Shown: positions 17,794 through 26,906, numbered from the stretch's first letter. The stretch is DNA of 64,000 nt from Candidatus Doudnabacteria bacterium (GCA_016182875.1 JACPFQ010000001.1:85680-149679), one strand, 5' to 3'. Numbers and translations: made by a program. Notes: generated by a model not told the origin, from the letters alone.

Positions 17794-19101
17794 TTATTTT
17801 TTGATGTCCTTGAATCCGGTAAATTCCTGCAAAACTTTGGGTACGGCGATCGAACCGTCCTTCTGCTGGTAATTTTCCATGACGGCAATCGGAATCCGCG
17901 ACATGGCTACGGCTGTGGCATCGTTGGTATGTACAAGCTCGGTCGTCCCATCCGGTTTGCGGACTTTGATGTTCAAGCGCCTGGCCTGGTAATCAGTCAT
18001 CATGTCTGCGGTGTGAGTTTCGCGGTATTCGCCCTGTCCAGGAAGCCAAGAGTTCAGGTCCACCCCTCGCGCGTTGGGGTTGCCGATGTCTGCCGTGCAT
18101 TTAAGAAATTTTTGATACGGAATTTCCAAAGCCTGTAAGATATACTCTTCAACCGCAATCAAGAATTGATGCTCTTTGAAGGAGTCGGCGGCTGTGGTGA
18201 ACGATTCCATCTCCAGTTTGTCGAACTGATGCAGTCTCAGCATGCCTTTGACATCTTTGCCGTATGAGCCGGCCTCGCGGCGAAAGCAAGTGGAAAAGCC
18301 CAAATACCGCAGAGGAAGCTGTTTGATATCCAAAACCTCGTCAGCATGCATAGAAACCAGGGTATGCTCCGCACTGCCAATAAGATAAATATCATCCTGC
18401 TGCAAATAATAGCGCTCGTTTTTGTCTTCTTCGGAAAGTCGCGCTGTTTTTCGGTACATATCCGGCTTAATCATCACAGGCGGGATTACGGGTATGAATG
18501 ATTTGGCGCTGTAGCCTTTCTCCACGGAGTCGGCAATTTTCTTCAAAGTCTCTTCCGAGGTTAAGATTCTGAGCACGAATTGGACTAAAGCAAATTCCAA
18601 AGCGGCCATGCCGCCCTTCCAGTAGCCGAATCTGCTTCCCGCGACCTTGGACGCCCGCTTCATATCAATCACATCCAAAGCTTCGCCGAGCGCTAAATGA
18701 TCTTTGGATTTGAAAGCAAATTTCTTGGGTTTCCCCCATTCTGCCACAACTTTATTCTCTGTTTCACCCGCTCCCACTGGCACGTCTTCCCACGGAATAT
18801 TGGGAATTTCATACATGGCTTCAAGCCACCGATCTTCAACTTCTTTGAGCTCAAGTTCCAGCTTTGAAAGCTTGTCTTTGAGCTGTTTGCTTTCAGCCAC
18901 CAAAGCGTCATCTTTGCCTTTCTTAAATTTGTCGGCTATCTCGTTCCTTCTCGAGCGCAAGGCTTCGGTTTCGATAATCAGCCGGCGTCTGGTATCGTCC
19001 AGGCTCAAAACCTCAGCCAAAGCCTCGGGATTGGTGCCTTTGTCTTTGATTGCCTTCGCAACCACGTCTTGGTTTTCTCTGATGAATTTTATGTCGAGCA
19101 T
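17794..19101 (-). CDS. serS: Seryl-tRNA synthetase
   Basis: N-terminal coiled coil and class II motifs 'FRREAGSYGKDVKGMLRLHQFDKLEM'. Confidence 0.93.
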   Translation of the reverse strand: MLDIKFIRENQDVVAKAIKDKGTNPEALAEVLSLDDTRRRLIIETEALRSRRNEIADKFKKGKDDALVAESKQLKDKLSKLELELKEVEDRWLEAMYEIPNIPWEDVPVGAGETENKVVAEWGKPKKFAFKSKDHLALGEALDVIDMKRASKVAGSRFGYWKGGMAALEFALVQFVLRILTSEETLKKIADSVEKGYSAKSFIPVIPPVMIKPDMYRKTARLSEEDKNERYYLQQDDIYLIGSAEHTLVSMHADEVLDIKQLPLRYLGFSTCFRREAGSYGKDVKGMLRLHQFDKLEMESFTTAADSFKEHQFLIAVEEYILQALEIPYQKFLKCTADIGNPNARGVDLNSWLPGQGEYRETHTADMMTDYQARRLNIKVRKPDGTTELVHTNDATAVAMSRIPIAVMENYQQKDGSIAVPKVLQEFTGFKDIKK

Positions 19102-19102
19102 A

Positions 19103-19699
19103 TTATTTGGTTAATTCTTTGAATACGTCTTCCAATTTCTCCAGCGCGTGCTTGCGGTGGTCCATAATCGTTGACTCTTCCTCGTTAAGCTCGCACCAGT
19201 ATTTTTTGTAATTCGGCAGGTAAGTCACCGACCGGTAAGGATAATGCGGGATGATTTTTTCTGACGGCTTTTCGGCGATCACTCCTTCAATCCCGCCGTG
19301 AGAGGTGAAAATGCCGAATGGCGTAGCCAATGCCAGCACTATCGAAAATTTGCAGGCTCTTTGCTCAGCCGGTACGTCCTTCATTCTTTTCATGACTTCC
19401 GAGATTATTTCATCATCACTCATCGTGCGGCCCAGCCAGCGGTGGCTCTTAATTCCCGGCTCTCCGCCCAAAGCTTCTATTTCCATGCCGCCGTCGTCAA
19501 CCAGTGTGGGGACACCTGATTTCTCAAAATAGTATTTCGCTTTATTAATGGCTTCTTCTTCAAAAGTATTGCCTTTTTCTTCGGGAGCCGGAATATTCAA
19601 ATCTTTGGCGGAAACAATCTCAAGGTTGTAGTTTTTGAGCATCGTTTTGTAGCTGTTCACTTTGGACGGATTTCCGGTTCCTATAAGAAGTTTTTTCAT
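19103..19699 (-). CDS. rdgB: Non-canonical purine NTP pyrophosphatase (Ham1/RdgB/ITPase)
   Basis: 'LLIGTGNPSKV', 'DDGGMEIEALGGEPGIKSHRW'. Start at MKKLL; the longer ORF is an N-terminal extension. Confidence 0.8.
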   Translation of the reverse strand: MKKLLIGTGNPSKVNSYKTMLKNYNLEIVSAKDLNIPAPEEKGNTFEEEAINKAKYYFEKSGVPTLVDDGGMEIEALGGEPGIKSHRWLGRTMSDDEIISEVMKRMKDVPAEQRACKFSIVLALATPFGIFTSHGGIEGVIAEKPSEKIIPHYPYRSVTYLPNYKKYWCELNEEESTIMDHRKHALEKLEDVFKELTK

Positions 19700-19736
19700 A
19701 ATAGTCTTAGGCGAGGCGCCAATAGCGCCGAGCATA

Positions 19737-20162
19737 TCACGCGTCAAAAAAATTCTTTCCGGTCTTTAGGGCTTCTATCGCGCTGTGAATGGTCGGATAA
19801 AGCGGGTTTGGCAAGTGGTCGAAATCGTACCAATCCCAGCTTTCGCAGCTGTCCGGCTCCATGACTTTCGGCTCGCCGCTCACCCAATCCGCTGTGACCG
19901 CGATGTTAATGTAGTGGTAATCCGGATGTTTCTGATTCCAGAGCCGCAAAAATCTAACATTGGCAATTTCCAGTCCGGTTTCTTCTTTGACCTCTCTAAT
20001 AGCGCAGTGCTCGAACGATTCCATGTACTCCAGGTGTCCGCCGGGTGAAGCGTATTCACCGTCGCCTATCGAGCCCTTTCTTTTGCCGAGCAAAACTTTG
20101 CCGTCCTTGACTATGTATATTCCCATGCCCACCTTCGGCATCTGTTTTTGCTCTTGGTTCAT
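19737..20162 (-). CDS. NUDIX hydrolase
   Basis: Nudix box 'GGHLEYMESFEHCAIREVKEETGL'. Confidence 0.75.
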   Translation of the reverse strand: MNQEQKQMPKVGMGIYIVKDGKVLLGKRKGSIGDGEYASPGGHLEYMESFEHCAIREVKEETGLEIANVRFLRLWNQKHPDYHYINIAVTADWVSGEPKVMEPDSCESWDWYDFDHLPNPLYPTIHSAIEALKTGKNFFDA

Positions 20163-20395
20163 GTTGGAGGCCTTTTTGATTCAAGCCAAGCCGCCGCTTG
20201 GTTGCCATTGCTCAAATCCCCCTTAAAAGCAACTGTCCATTTTCCGGTCTGGCCGCTGAAGCCAATAACAGTGTCTATATCCAATTCCGGGAAAGTTGAA
20301 TGAAACTCTTTTGATAAAGCCTCCGCTTCTTCGCGACTGCCCAGGACTATCTCCGGACCAAAATGTAAATTGCCCTTTTCACTAAACTCACTCAT
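20159..20395 (-). CDS. Hypothetical small protein (78 aa)
   Basis: ORF tightly coupled between lysS and the Nudix gene. No recognisable domain. Confidence 0.4.
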   Translation of the reverse strand: MSEFSEKGNLHFGPEIVLGSREEAEALSKEFHSTFPELDIDTVIGFSGQTGKWTVAFKGDLSNGNQAAAWLESKRPPT

Positions 20396-20396
20396 A

Positions 20397-21854
20397 TTAC
20401 TGCTCCTTCATCGGCGGGAAAATTACGGTTTCGCGCATGGACTTGTTCATAAGCACGGCAAACAGCCGCTCGCTCACACCAAAGCCCACTGCCGGCGGCA
20501 TGCCGTATTCCATAGCTTCCACATAATCCTCGTCCATCATTTGAGCTTCCTTGTCGCCCGCTTCGCGCAGCTTCATCTGTTGTTCAAATCTTTTACGCTG
20601 GTCCAGCGGATCGTTCAATTCTGCCCAGGCATTGCCAAGCTCCGTGCCCGCAGCCAGAATTTGAAAACGCAAAACTTTTTTGGGATTTTTGGGATCAAGC
20701 TTGGCCAAAGGAGAAATCGCCAAAGGGTGGCCAACCAAAAAACTGGGTTGAATCAGCTTTGGCCGGACATTTTTTTTGTAAATCGCATCAATCAATCTAC
20801 CGGCGTTGGCCGATACATCCACGTCTGCTCCGAGTTCTTTGGCTTTCGACCGCAGCTGGTCATCGGTGACCTTGTTCAAATCAAGGCCAGAAGCTTCTTT
20901 GAAGGCTTTAAAGTAATCCACCTTCGGCCACTTGTTGGCCCAATTGATCCTGTGACCCTCGTACTCGGTTTCCATAGTGCCGCAGACTTTTTTGACAACT
21001 TCCTTAAATAACTTCTCGGCCAATTTCATGCCATCCTTGTCATCGGCGTAGGCCCAGTAAAATTCCATGTCATCGTACTCCTGCAAATGCTCGCGATCAA
21101 TGCCTTCGTTGCGAAACAACCGTCCGATTTCAAAAACCTTATCAAATCCTCCCACCAGCAACCTCTTCAGAGGCAGCTCCAATGAGATGCGCAGATAAAA
21201 ATCACGGTCCAAGGCGTTGTGGTGGGTCACAAAGGGGTTGGCGTCCGCTCCTCCTGGGATGTTTTCCAAAACCGGCGTCCAAACTTCAAGGAAGCCTTGC
21301 TTAATCATGAAGTTGCGGACAGTCTGCCAAAAAATCGTTTTTTTGCGGAACAACTCCCGGGTTTCCGGATTCGCGAGCAAATCGAGATAGCGTTTGCGCA
21401 GCCTGGTTTCTATATCCTTAAGCCCATAAAACTCAGATGGGATCGGCCGGATGGATTTGGCTAGCAGTTTATAGCTTTTAGCTTCCAGACTTTTTTCGCC
21501 TGTCTTGGATAATGCCAGGGTTCCGCTCACTTCCAAAAAATCGCCGATATCCAGAAGTTCCAGCTGTTTGAACCGCTCCGCCCCCAGTACATCTTCTCGG
21601 AAGAGCAGTTGAATGCTCCCGCTTTCGTCTTCCAAGTTGGCAAAGGTCAGCTTGCCGTGGGCGCGCAGAGCCTTTATTCGGCCCGTCAATGTTATCTGTT
21701 TTTTGCTGTCTGATATCTGGCTAAATTTTAAAACCGCCTCACCAATGCTGTGAGTACGGCTGGTAGAAACCGGATACGGGTCAACCCCAAGCTTTCGCAG
21801 TTGTTCCAATTTTTGTATCCGAACTTTGCGTAATTCTTCTATCTTTTCCGACAT
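20397..21854 (-). CDS. lysS: Lysyl-tRNA synthetase (class II)
   Basis: N-terminal OB anticodon-binding domain and class II core 'FEIGRLFRNEGID', 'GGFGVSERL'. Start at MSEKIEE. Confidence 0.93.
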   Translation of the reverse strand: MSEKIEELRKVRIQKLEQLRKLGVDPYPVSTSRTHSIGEAVLKFSQISDSKKQITLTGRIKALRAHGKLTFANLEDESGSIQLLFREDVLGAERFKQLELLDIGDFLEVSGTLALSKTGEKSLEAKSYKLLAKSIRPIPSEFYGLKDIETRLRKRYLDLLANPETRELFRKKTIFWQTVRNFMIKQGFLEVWTPVLENIPGGADANPFVTHHNALDRDFYLRISLELPLKRLLVGGFDKVFEIGRLFRNEGIDREHLQEYDDMEFYWAYADDKDGMKLAEKLFKEVVKKVCGTMETEYEGHRINWANKWPKVDYFKAFKEASGLDLNKVTDDQLRSKAKELGADVDVSANAGRLIDAIYKKNVRPKLIQPSFLVGHPLAISPLAKLDPKNPKKVLRFQILAAGTELGNAWAELNDPLDQRKRFEQQMKLREAGDKEAQMMDEDYVEAMEYGMPPAVGFGVSERLFAVLMNKSMRETVIFPPMKEQ

Positions 21855-21908
21855 AAATAAAAACCTTTGAGGCTTGATTATACCACAAATCGCTGACGAA
21901 CGCCACAA

Positions 21909-22094
21909 TTACTTAAGCTTATAGCCAGAGTAAGACAGATAGCTCGCAACAACCAAAGCGGCCCAGCTGGCCCACAATGGAATTTCACTGCCGGCGATGC
22001 TTATGTCCCAGCCTTTCCAAATCCTGATGAGATGGACGACAGCAATGACCAAGAACAAAAACGGCGTAATCGTAAGATATGTTTTTTGTTTCAT
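21909..22094 (-). CDS. Small membrane protein (61 aa, 2 TM)
   Basis: Hydrophobic. No homology recognised. Confidence 0.35.
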   Translation of the reverse strand: MKQKTYLTITPFLFLVIAVVHLIRIWKGWDISIAGSEIPLWASWAALVVASYLSYSGYKLK

Positions 22095-22133
22095 GCCGAG
22101 TATTAATTGTTTTTTATATTATAGCACAAAATA

Positions 22134-22541
22134 TTATTTACTCTGCAACTTGGCCATATCCATGTAAATGACCTCCCACAGATGCCCGTCCAAATCCTCA
22201 AAGCTGCGGCCATACATCCAGCCGTGGTCTTCGGATGGCCGCGATTCCCGCCCGCCGGCGGCAACCACTTTGTCTATCATCCAATCAACCTGCTCGCGGC
22301 TATCGACAGAAAAGGCATTGATGACTTCCGTGCTGGCTTTGGGTTCGACCATCTCTTTTTCCGTAAACCTCTTCATGAACTGCTCGGTCAAAAGCATGGC
22401 AAAGGCGCTATCATTGATAATCATGCACGTGGCATTCTCATCCGTGAACTGCGGATTGAATCTAAACCCAAGCTTAGTGAAAAAGTCAATGGATTTATTG
22501 AGATCCTTCACTGCCAAATTCACAAACATCTGTTTGGCCAT
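22134..22541 (-). CDS. VOC-family (glyoxalase/bleomycin-resistance fold) protein
   Basis: 'FVNLAVKDLNKSIDFFTKLGF' and a paired beta-alpha-beta-beta-beta pattern. Confidence 0.7.
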   Translation of the reverse strand: MAKQMFVNLAVKDLNKSIDFFTKLGFRFNPQFTDENATCMIINDSAFAMLLTEQFMKRFTEKEMVEPKASTEVINAFSVDSREQVDWMIDKVVAAGGRESRPSEDHGWMYGRSFEDLDGHLWEVIYMDMAKLQSK

Positions 22542-22562
22542 AAATTGCTATGTTTTAATGCC

Positions 22563-23150
22563 TTAGAAGTTAGCTCCAAAATCTAGTTTTGGTTGCTCTG
22601 CATCCATATCATCGTACAGAGCCAAAAGTTCGTCAACAGACATTTGTTCTTCTGCAAATTTGCCCGAGCTGATTTCTTTGGAATCATTAACACTGCAAAT
22701 AATCCCATCGCCTGGAAGAATGCCTTTATCGCGAAGCTCACGCATCATATCACGGCAATCCTGGCAAGGGTGTAGCGCATCGTGTGCCCGGGTTTTGTCG
22801 CCCGTATGCTTTTCGCTTGCAACAGTGACCATAGCAGGGATCAAGGTAGCTCCTTTTTCCAGCGCCGCCTCAAAAACATTTCTCTCTGCGCAACGTTTAT
22901 CCCTGCCTCTCCGCTTTACCGGTGTCGGAGTGAAATTGTACCCAGTGTATACGGCATATTCGCCATCCGGAAGTCCCGGCTCAATACTCATAGCCGCAGC
23001 GCCAACTTGAAACGGCGGTTCCCGGTGGGAGATACCGTGCCGTTTGGCCATTGCCGCTGCCCGGATAAGCGCAGCTTTGTATTTTAGAAAGTCTCGTCGG
23101 TAGTCTCGATTATGGAACCGTTCACGGCGAGATTCTGGGCCTGAATTCAT
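22563..23150 (-). CDS. Cytidine/deoxycytidylate-deaminase-like zinc-binding protein with an N-terminal extension
   Basis: 'CAERNVFEAA' and 'HPCQDCRDMM' match the CDA zinc-ligand motifs (C/H-A-E ... P-C-x-x-C). Confidence 0.5.
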   Translation of the reverse strand: MNSGPESRRERFHNRDYRRDFLKYKAALIRAAAMAKRHGISHREPPFQVGAAAMSIEPGLPDGEYAVYTGYNFTPTPVKRRGRDKRCAERNVFEAALEKGATLIPAMVTVASEKHTGDKTRAHDALHPCQDCRDMMRELRDKGILPGDGIICSVNDSKEISSGKFAEEQMSVDELLALYDDMDAEQPKLDFGANF

Positions 23151-23198
23151 ATCTTTAAATGCTGATTAAAAAAATTTAATGTCCTCTTAACGCTCGCA

Positions 23199-23501
23199 TT
23201 AAAACTTCATCTTAGATTTAATAAGATCCCAAACGGCCACCCGGGGGTTCTTCTCAGGTGCTTTGGACCACCAGGATTTCAGGATTGGCAATGAAAAAGT
23301 CGAAAACAAATAGCCAACGGCCGGCACGAATGCCTTGAGCCAGGAATAAGCTTCATGAATCAAAACCAGCCAAACCCCAGCAATGATATAGATGACAGCA
23401 GTAATGAACAACCGCCTGGTCCAGCTGATCTCCCACGCCTTGTCAGCTTCAACTTTTCTGTTGCGCTCCTTAATCAATCCTATTTCTTTTTCTATGTCCA
23501 T
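23199..23501 (-). CDS. Hypothetical 2-TM membrane protein
   Basis: Hydrophobicity only. Confidence 0.4.
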   Translation of the reverse strand: MDIEKEIGLIKERNRKVEADKAWEISWTRRLFITAVIYIIAGVWLVLIHEAYSWLKAFVPAVGYLFSTFSLPILKSWWSKAPEKNPRVAVWDLIKSKMKF

Positions 23502-23523
23502 AACTTACATTAGAGATTTGCCT

Positions 23524-24018
23524 TCAAAAAATTAGCTCCATCTGAAGCTGGTCTGTGTATTCCTCTCCGATTTTCATTTCATGTTTAGCCAGGCCAGCTT
23601 GAACAAATCCGATTTGTTCGTACATCTTGATCGCCGCGTCTTGAGTGGTGTTAACGCTTAATCTGACTTTGGTTATCTTGGGGTTGCGGCGCAGGTCATC
23701 GAGCAGTCTTTGCACCAGGCTTTTACCGATGCCTTGGCCGCGATGTGCGGGATCCACGTACACTCCTACTATAGTTGCCATATGCTGAAAGTATTTTTTA
23801 TCCGTAAACAACACGCCAGCCATCCCCACCAATTTGCCATCTGCTTCCGCGCCGTAGATTGTCTTATGTCCTGACAACCTGCCCTTCCATTCTTCTTCCG
23901 TGAAATCAACTTCCTCTTCATAAGCCTTACCGAAAGCCCTGGGATCTTGCCGCAGTCCCTGCAGTCTCAGCTGTTTATATTTTTCCCAATTCTCAGGACC
24001 AAGAATTCTTATATCCAT
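23524..24018 (-). CDS. GNAT-family N-acetyltransferase
   Basis: 'VGVYVDPAHRGQGIGKSLV' (acetyl-CoA binding motif A). Confidence 0.8.
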   Translation of the reverse strand: MDIRILGPENWEKYKQLRLQGLRQDPRAFGKAYEEEVDFTEEEWKGRLSGHKTIYGAEADGKLVGMAGVLFTDKKYFQHMATIVGVYVDPAHRGQGIGKSLVQRLLDDLRRNPKITKVRLSVNTTQDAAIKMYEQIGFVQAGLAKHEMKIGEEYTDQLQMELIF

Positions 24019-24092
24019 ATTGTCTCCTTATTTCACAAATGATGCAAAAAAAAAGCGGAAAAAATTGCATAAATTACCCAGGTCATAGTTGT

Positions 24093-24118
24093 TATTCTCC
24101 TATTCGCGCGAATTAGAG
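24093..24118. promoter_or_regulatory. Palindromic operator-like repeat ATTCTCCTATTCGCGCGAATTAGAGA, copy 1 (upstream of the GNAT gene, overlapping the 3' end of arsR-1)
   Basis: Perfect 12-bp palindrome ATTCGCGCGAAT. Three copies, at 24093, 24391 and 24734. Confidence 0.5.
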
Positions 24119-24373
24119 ATCGATGAGAAGTGATTTTACGAACGGGCGAAGCTTGGAATTGATACTGTAAAAAACATTTAAATTCCTCTGCTCTCGTTCC
24201 AATAGGTCAGCTCGCGCCAGAATGTTCAAGTGTTTAGAGGTGGCCTTAAAAGAAAGTCTTATTGCTCTGGCAACTTCCTGTACTGAAGCCTCTCTTTCTA
24301 TTTTAAGAAACTGTAATATGTACAGTCGTCGCCGATTAGCCAAGGCTTTAAGAATATTCTCTAATTCTTTCAT
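24113..24373 (-). CDS. ArsR/SmtB-family transcriptional regulator
   Basis: 'ANRRRLYILQFL...VQEVARAIRLSFKATSKHLNIL' is a wHTH. Confidence 0.8.
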   Translation of the reverse strand: MKELENILKALANRRRLYILQFLKIEREASVQEVARAIRLSFKATSKHLNILARADLLEREQRNLNVFYSINSKLRPFVKSLLIDL

Positions 24374-24390
24374 GATACCATTATACTACT

Positions 24391-24416
24391 ATTCTCCTAT
24401 TCGCGCGAATTAGAGA
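24391..24416. promoter_or_regulatory. Operator-like palindrome copy 2, immediately upstream of arsR-1
   Basis: Identical 26-mer. This position is consistent with autoregulation. Confidence 0.5.
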
Positions 24417-24426
24417 AGGTTAACTA

Positions 24427-24729
24427 CTAAGGTTTTATCTCCAACAAAAGACTTACGGTATCGCCGGCTAAGATGTGTTCTTTTTTCCGTACCTCTGCTT
24501 TGAGCGGCAAAAGGTATGCTCCGGCTTTTTTATCGAAAAAAATAGACGTGTTCCAGATTGTTTGTTCGAGTCTAACAATAACTGGAAGCGAACTCCAACC
24601 TCTATGCGCAACAGCGAACAGTTGCTTGATTTTGCCCGACTGATTCTTGAGTAAAGTCACCATATGCCAGGCAGCTATCCCAGGATAAAGCCAGACCCTG
24701 GCCCGCATTTTATAAACCGTTCCTGTCAT
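24427..24729 (-). CDS. DUF1905-domain protein (paralog 1)
   Basis: 'WLYPGIAAWHMVTL...GWSSLPVIVRL...YLLPLKAEVRKKEHILAGDTVSL'. Confidence 0.6.
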   Translation of the reverse strand: MTGTVYKMRARVWLYPGIAAWHMVTLLKNQSGKIKQLFAVAHRGWSSLPVIVRLEQTIWNTSIFFDKKAGAYLLPLKAEVRKKEHILAGDTVSLLLEIKP

Positions 24730-24733
24730 AACT

Positions 24734-24789
24734 ATTCGCTTATTCGCGCGCCTGCCCGCCGAAGCTTTAGCGAAGGCGGGAATTAGAGA
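24734..24789. promoter_or_regulatory. Operator-like palindrome copy 3, split by a 30-bp GC-rich hairpin insertion (CCTGCCCGCCGAAGCTTTAGCGAAGGCGGG)
   Basis: ATTCGCGCG | insertion | AATTAGAGA. The inserted hairpin has stem GCCCGCC/GGCGGGC. Confidence 0.5.
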
Positions 24790-24797
24790 TGGTTAGC

Positions 24798-25109
24798 TCA
24801 GGGTTTAATTTCTAAAACGAGACTGATCGTCTGACCGCCGGTGACTTTTTCTTTCTTGCGTACTTCTGCTTTCAGAGGCAGGACATATGCTGCGGATTTT
24901 TTGTCATAGAAAATTGATGTCTTCCAACTGGTCCGGCCGAGCCTGACGATAACGGGCAAAGAACTCCATCCTCGGTGCATATCCGAAAACAACTCCTTGA
25001 TCTTGTCTGACTGCTTGCGGGGCAGAGTCACCATATGCCACGCCGCCATTCCTGGCCAAATCCAAACCTTGGTTTTGATTTTATACCGACTCCTTGGTAA
25101 CATTCTCAT
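24798..25109 (-). CDS. DUF1905-domain protein (paralog 2)
   Basis: Same pattern as paralog 1, about 60% identical by eye. Confidence 0.6.
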   Translation of the reverse strand: MRMLPRSRYKIKTKVWIWPGMAAWHMVTLPRKQSDKIKELFSDMHRGWSSLPVIVRLGRTSWKTSIFYDKKSAAYVLPLKAEVRKKEKVTGGQTISLVLEIKP

Positions 25110-25132
25110 ATTCTTAAGAATATTGGAATATC
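25100..25132. promoter_or_regulatory. 31-bp repeat ATTCTCA(C/T)ATTCT(C/T)AAGAATATTGGAAT(G/A)TC, copy 1 (promoter region of DUF1905 paralog 2)
   Basis: Four copies, at 25100, 25440, 26907 and 27041. Nested palindromes CATTC..GAATG and AATATT. Confidence 0.5.
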
Positions 25133-25436
25133 AAAACTGCGAAAGGATCTTCTTGAATCTTTCACCATAAGGCGAAAGCTGGTGTTCAACCTTCCGCCCT
25201 TTGTAAGCCTTATTAACCAATCCCGCCTGTACCAGGCGGCGAGTATGCTCAGAGATAGTCTTAAAGTTGCAACGAAGCACATCCGCGATCTGTTCTAGAT
25301 TAATCCCCGGCTGCCTGGCTATCAGCAATAAAATATCGATCCGCCGATGGTTGGCTATCCCCTTAAAATGTCTTTCAAGTTGTTTCGCTGTTTTCATTTC
25401 TTTTTCGCTTCGGACTCTATAAAACCAGTCTATCAC
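25131..25436 (-). CDS. ArsR-family transcriptional regulator (paralog 2)
   Basis: 'HRRIDILLLIARQPGINLEQIADVLRCNFKTISEHTRRLVQAGLV'. Confidence 0.8.
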   Translation of the reverse strand: MIDWFYRVRSEKEMKTAKQLERHFKGIANHRRIDILLLIARQPGINLEQIADVLRCNFKTISEHTRRLVQAGLVNKAYKGRKVEHQLSPYGERFKKILSQF

Positions 25437-25439
25437 AAC

Positions 25440-25470
25440 ATTCTCACATTCTCAAGAATATTGGAATGTC
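25440..25470. promoter_or_regulatory. 31-bp repeat copy 2, immediately upstream of arsR-2
   Basis: Near-identical to the other copies. Confidence 0.5.
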
Positions 25471-25498
25471 TTAACGCCCCAGACCCCGTGTGGGACGT

Positions 25499-25831
25499 TT
25501 ATTTCTTAAGATAAGTCACGCTTCTGCCGGTTCGGCCGATTTGGCGCAATTTGCCTTGCTTTTCCAACTCATCCAGATATCGCTCGGCTGAGGTGTTGGA
25601 GACTCCAAGCATTTTTTCAACCATGTCATTGGTAATTTCATCATTCGCTCCAAAGCTAGCAAGAATCCGATCCAAATTTTTCCGGTGCTCTTCGGCCCGC
25701 ATCAGGTTCACTTCATTTTCGTCCCTGCCTACTTTGCCATTCTGGGGAAGAATCTGATTTTTGCCGAACCAAAATTTGGCAAAAATAACGCCAATGAGGA
25801 AGCCAATGGATATCATCAAAAAATCTCTCAT
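25499..25831 (-). CDS. Membrane-anchored protein with a C-terminal wHTH-like domain (110 aa)
   Basis: N-terminal TM 'ISIGFLIGVIFAKFWF', C-terminal 'ERYLDELEKQGKLRQIGRTGRSVTYL'. Truncated copies of its 5' end lie at 26332-26403 and 27045-27107. Confidence 0.5.
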   Translation of the reverse strand: MRDFLMISIGFLIGVIFAKFWFGKNQILPQNGKVGRDENEVNLMRAEEHRKNLDRILASFGANDEITNDMVEKMLGVSNTSAERYLDELEKQGKLRQIGRTGRSVTYLKK

Positions 25832-25844
25832 AAAATTTTAATTA

Positions 25845-26003
25845 ATATTTATCCATAATGGCAGTTGCATCGTAACCATACTCTTCGGCTTGTTTCAAGA
25901 TTTCTTTCAACTCACCTTTCTTTATAAGAATAAACCCTGATTTTCTCAGGGCCTTAAGGATTCTCGACTGCGAGACATCAGACGGTAACTTAGGTGGTAA
26001 CAT
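25845..26003 (-). pseudogene. HicA-like toxin remnant (52 aa, lacks the central GSH segment)
   Basis: 'MLPPKLPSDVSQSRILKALRKSGFILIKKGE..LKEILKQAEEYG' matches the HicA N- and C-terminal segments but not the catalytic core. Overlaps the upstream gene by 14 nt. Confidence 0.35.
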
Positions 26004-26328
26004 GAACTAATTGATTTTGTTTCTCAAACAGGTCACCTTTGATATTGATTAAGGCAGGGTGGCAGAACCGCGCCGGAACTTCAAACGCTGTAAAAATAGC
26101 ATCTTTGATATTGTGCTCTAATTCCTCTATTGTGGCCCCACTGGTGATTATAGTACCTCGAGTGTAGTCAACAGAGCGGGCAACGAAGTATGATTGTCCG
26201 TCTTCTTCAACTTTCTCAAATCGAAAATTAATACCTCTACCCCTTAACTCAACAAGCATATCTTCTAGATTATCATGAGCTTGATTTTTTGTAGCAGTAT
26301 ATGATTGTATTCTTTGTAGTAATCTCAT
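25990..26328 (-). CDS. HicB/UPF0150-like antitoxin-fold protein
   Basis: 'FRFEKVEEDGQSYFVARSVDYTRGTIITSGATIEELEHNIKDAIFTAFE'. Confidence 0.5.
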   Translation of the reverse strand: MRLLQRIQSYTATKNQAHDNLEDMLVELRGRGINFRFEKVEEDGQSYFVARSVDYTRGTIITSGATIEELEHNIKDAIFTAFEVPARFCHPALINIKGDLFEKQNQLVHVTT

Positions 26329-26331
26329 GAT

Positions 26332-26403
26332 TTAATTATAGTCTAATCGTTTTAGGTGGTCAATAAACAAAAACCCAACAGCCACCATCAAAAAATCTCT
26401 CAT
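26332..26403 (-). pseudogene. Truncated duplicate of the 5' end of gene 25499-25831 (MRDFLMVAVGFLFIDHLKRLDYN*)
   Basis: ATGAGAGATTTTTTGATG plus a conserved upstream 'TTAATTAAA' are identical to the intact gene start. Confidence 0.5.
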
Positions 26404-26441
26404 AAATTATTTAATTAAATTCCAAGAATTCAGATTTTTAC

Positions 26442-26850
26442 CTACTGAACCATAATAGTATAGTTTAGAGTAATAACACCAGTTTTTAATTTATGAAATA
26501 CAAAAAGATACGCAGGTTTGTTCCGCTGATTTTTCTTAATCTTTAATTTCCTACTAACCTGGTCCAATAACTTTATTGGTAAGATAATAAATTCGTTGAT
26601 TCCCGTTTCACGGGTACGCGCTACTAGCACAGTAAAAACTCTTGACTCAACAAACTGAAAAGTGCCCAGTCTTATTCCAATGCTTTGTCTTGACCTGAAT
26701 AAGATAAGTCCTTGCTTCTTTTATTGCAGCAATATCCACACCATAATCAACCGGCAAAATATTTGCATTAAACCCCCGAAACAAAAGCTCGCTCATAACA
26801 GCAGCTTCTCCGCCTTTACCAGTAAAGATATTGATTGATCTCTTGTCCAT
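26442..26850 (-). other. Two small ORFs (62 and 67 aa); the 67-aa ORF has a PD-(D/E)xK-like signature (VDYGVDIAAIKEARTYLIQVK), possibly nuclease gene remnants
   Basis: ORFs at 26442-26630 and 26647-26850, in a region full of gene fragments. Confidence 0.3.
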
Positions 26851-26906
26851 AGATAAAGTCTACCACAAAAGAAAAAGCGTCTTTAGCCAACGTCAACCTT
26901 TATGAT

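Noticed and set aside
20370-21011. 213-aa plus-strand ORF
   Set aside because: It lies entirely antisense to the well-supported lysS gene and has low complexity. It is a shadow ORF. The same holds for other plus-strand ORFs inside minus-strand genes (e.g. 33165-33854 antisense to zincin/greA, 38127-38588 antisense to mreB, 39886-40425 antisense to proS, 49907-50593 antisense to mreB-2, 50665-51378 antisense to murA).
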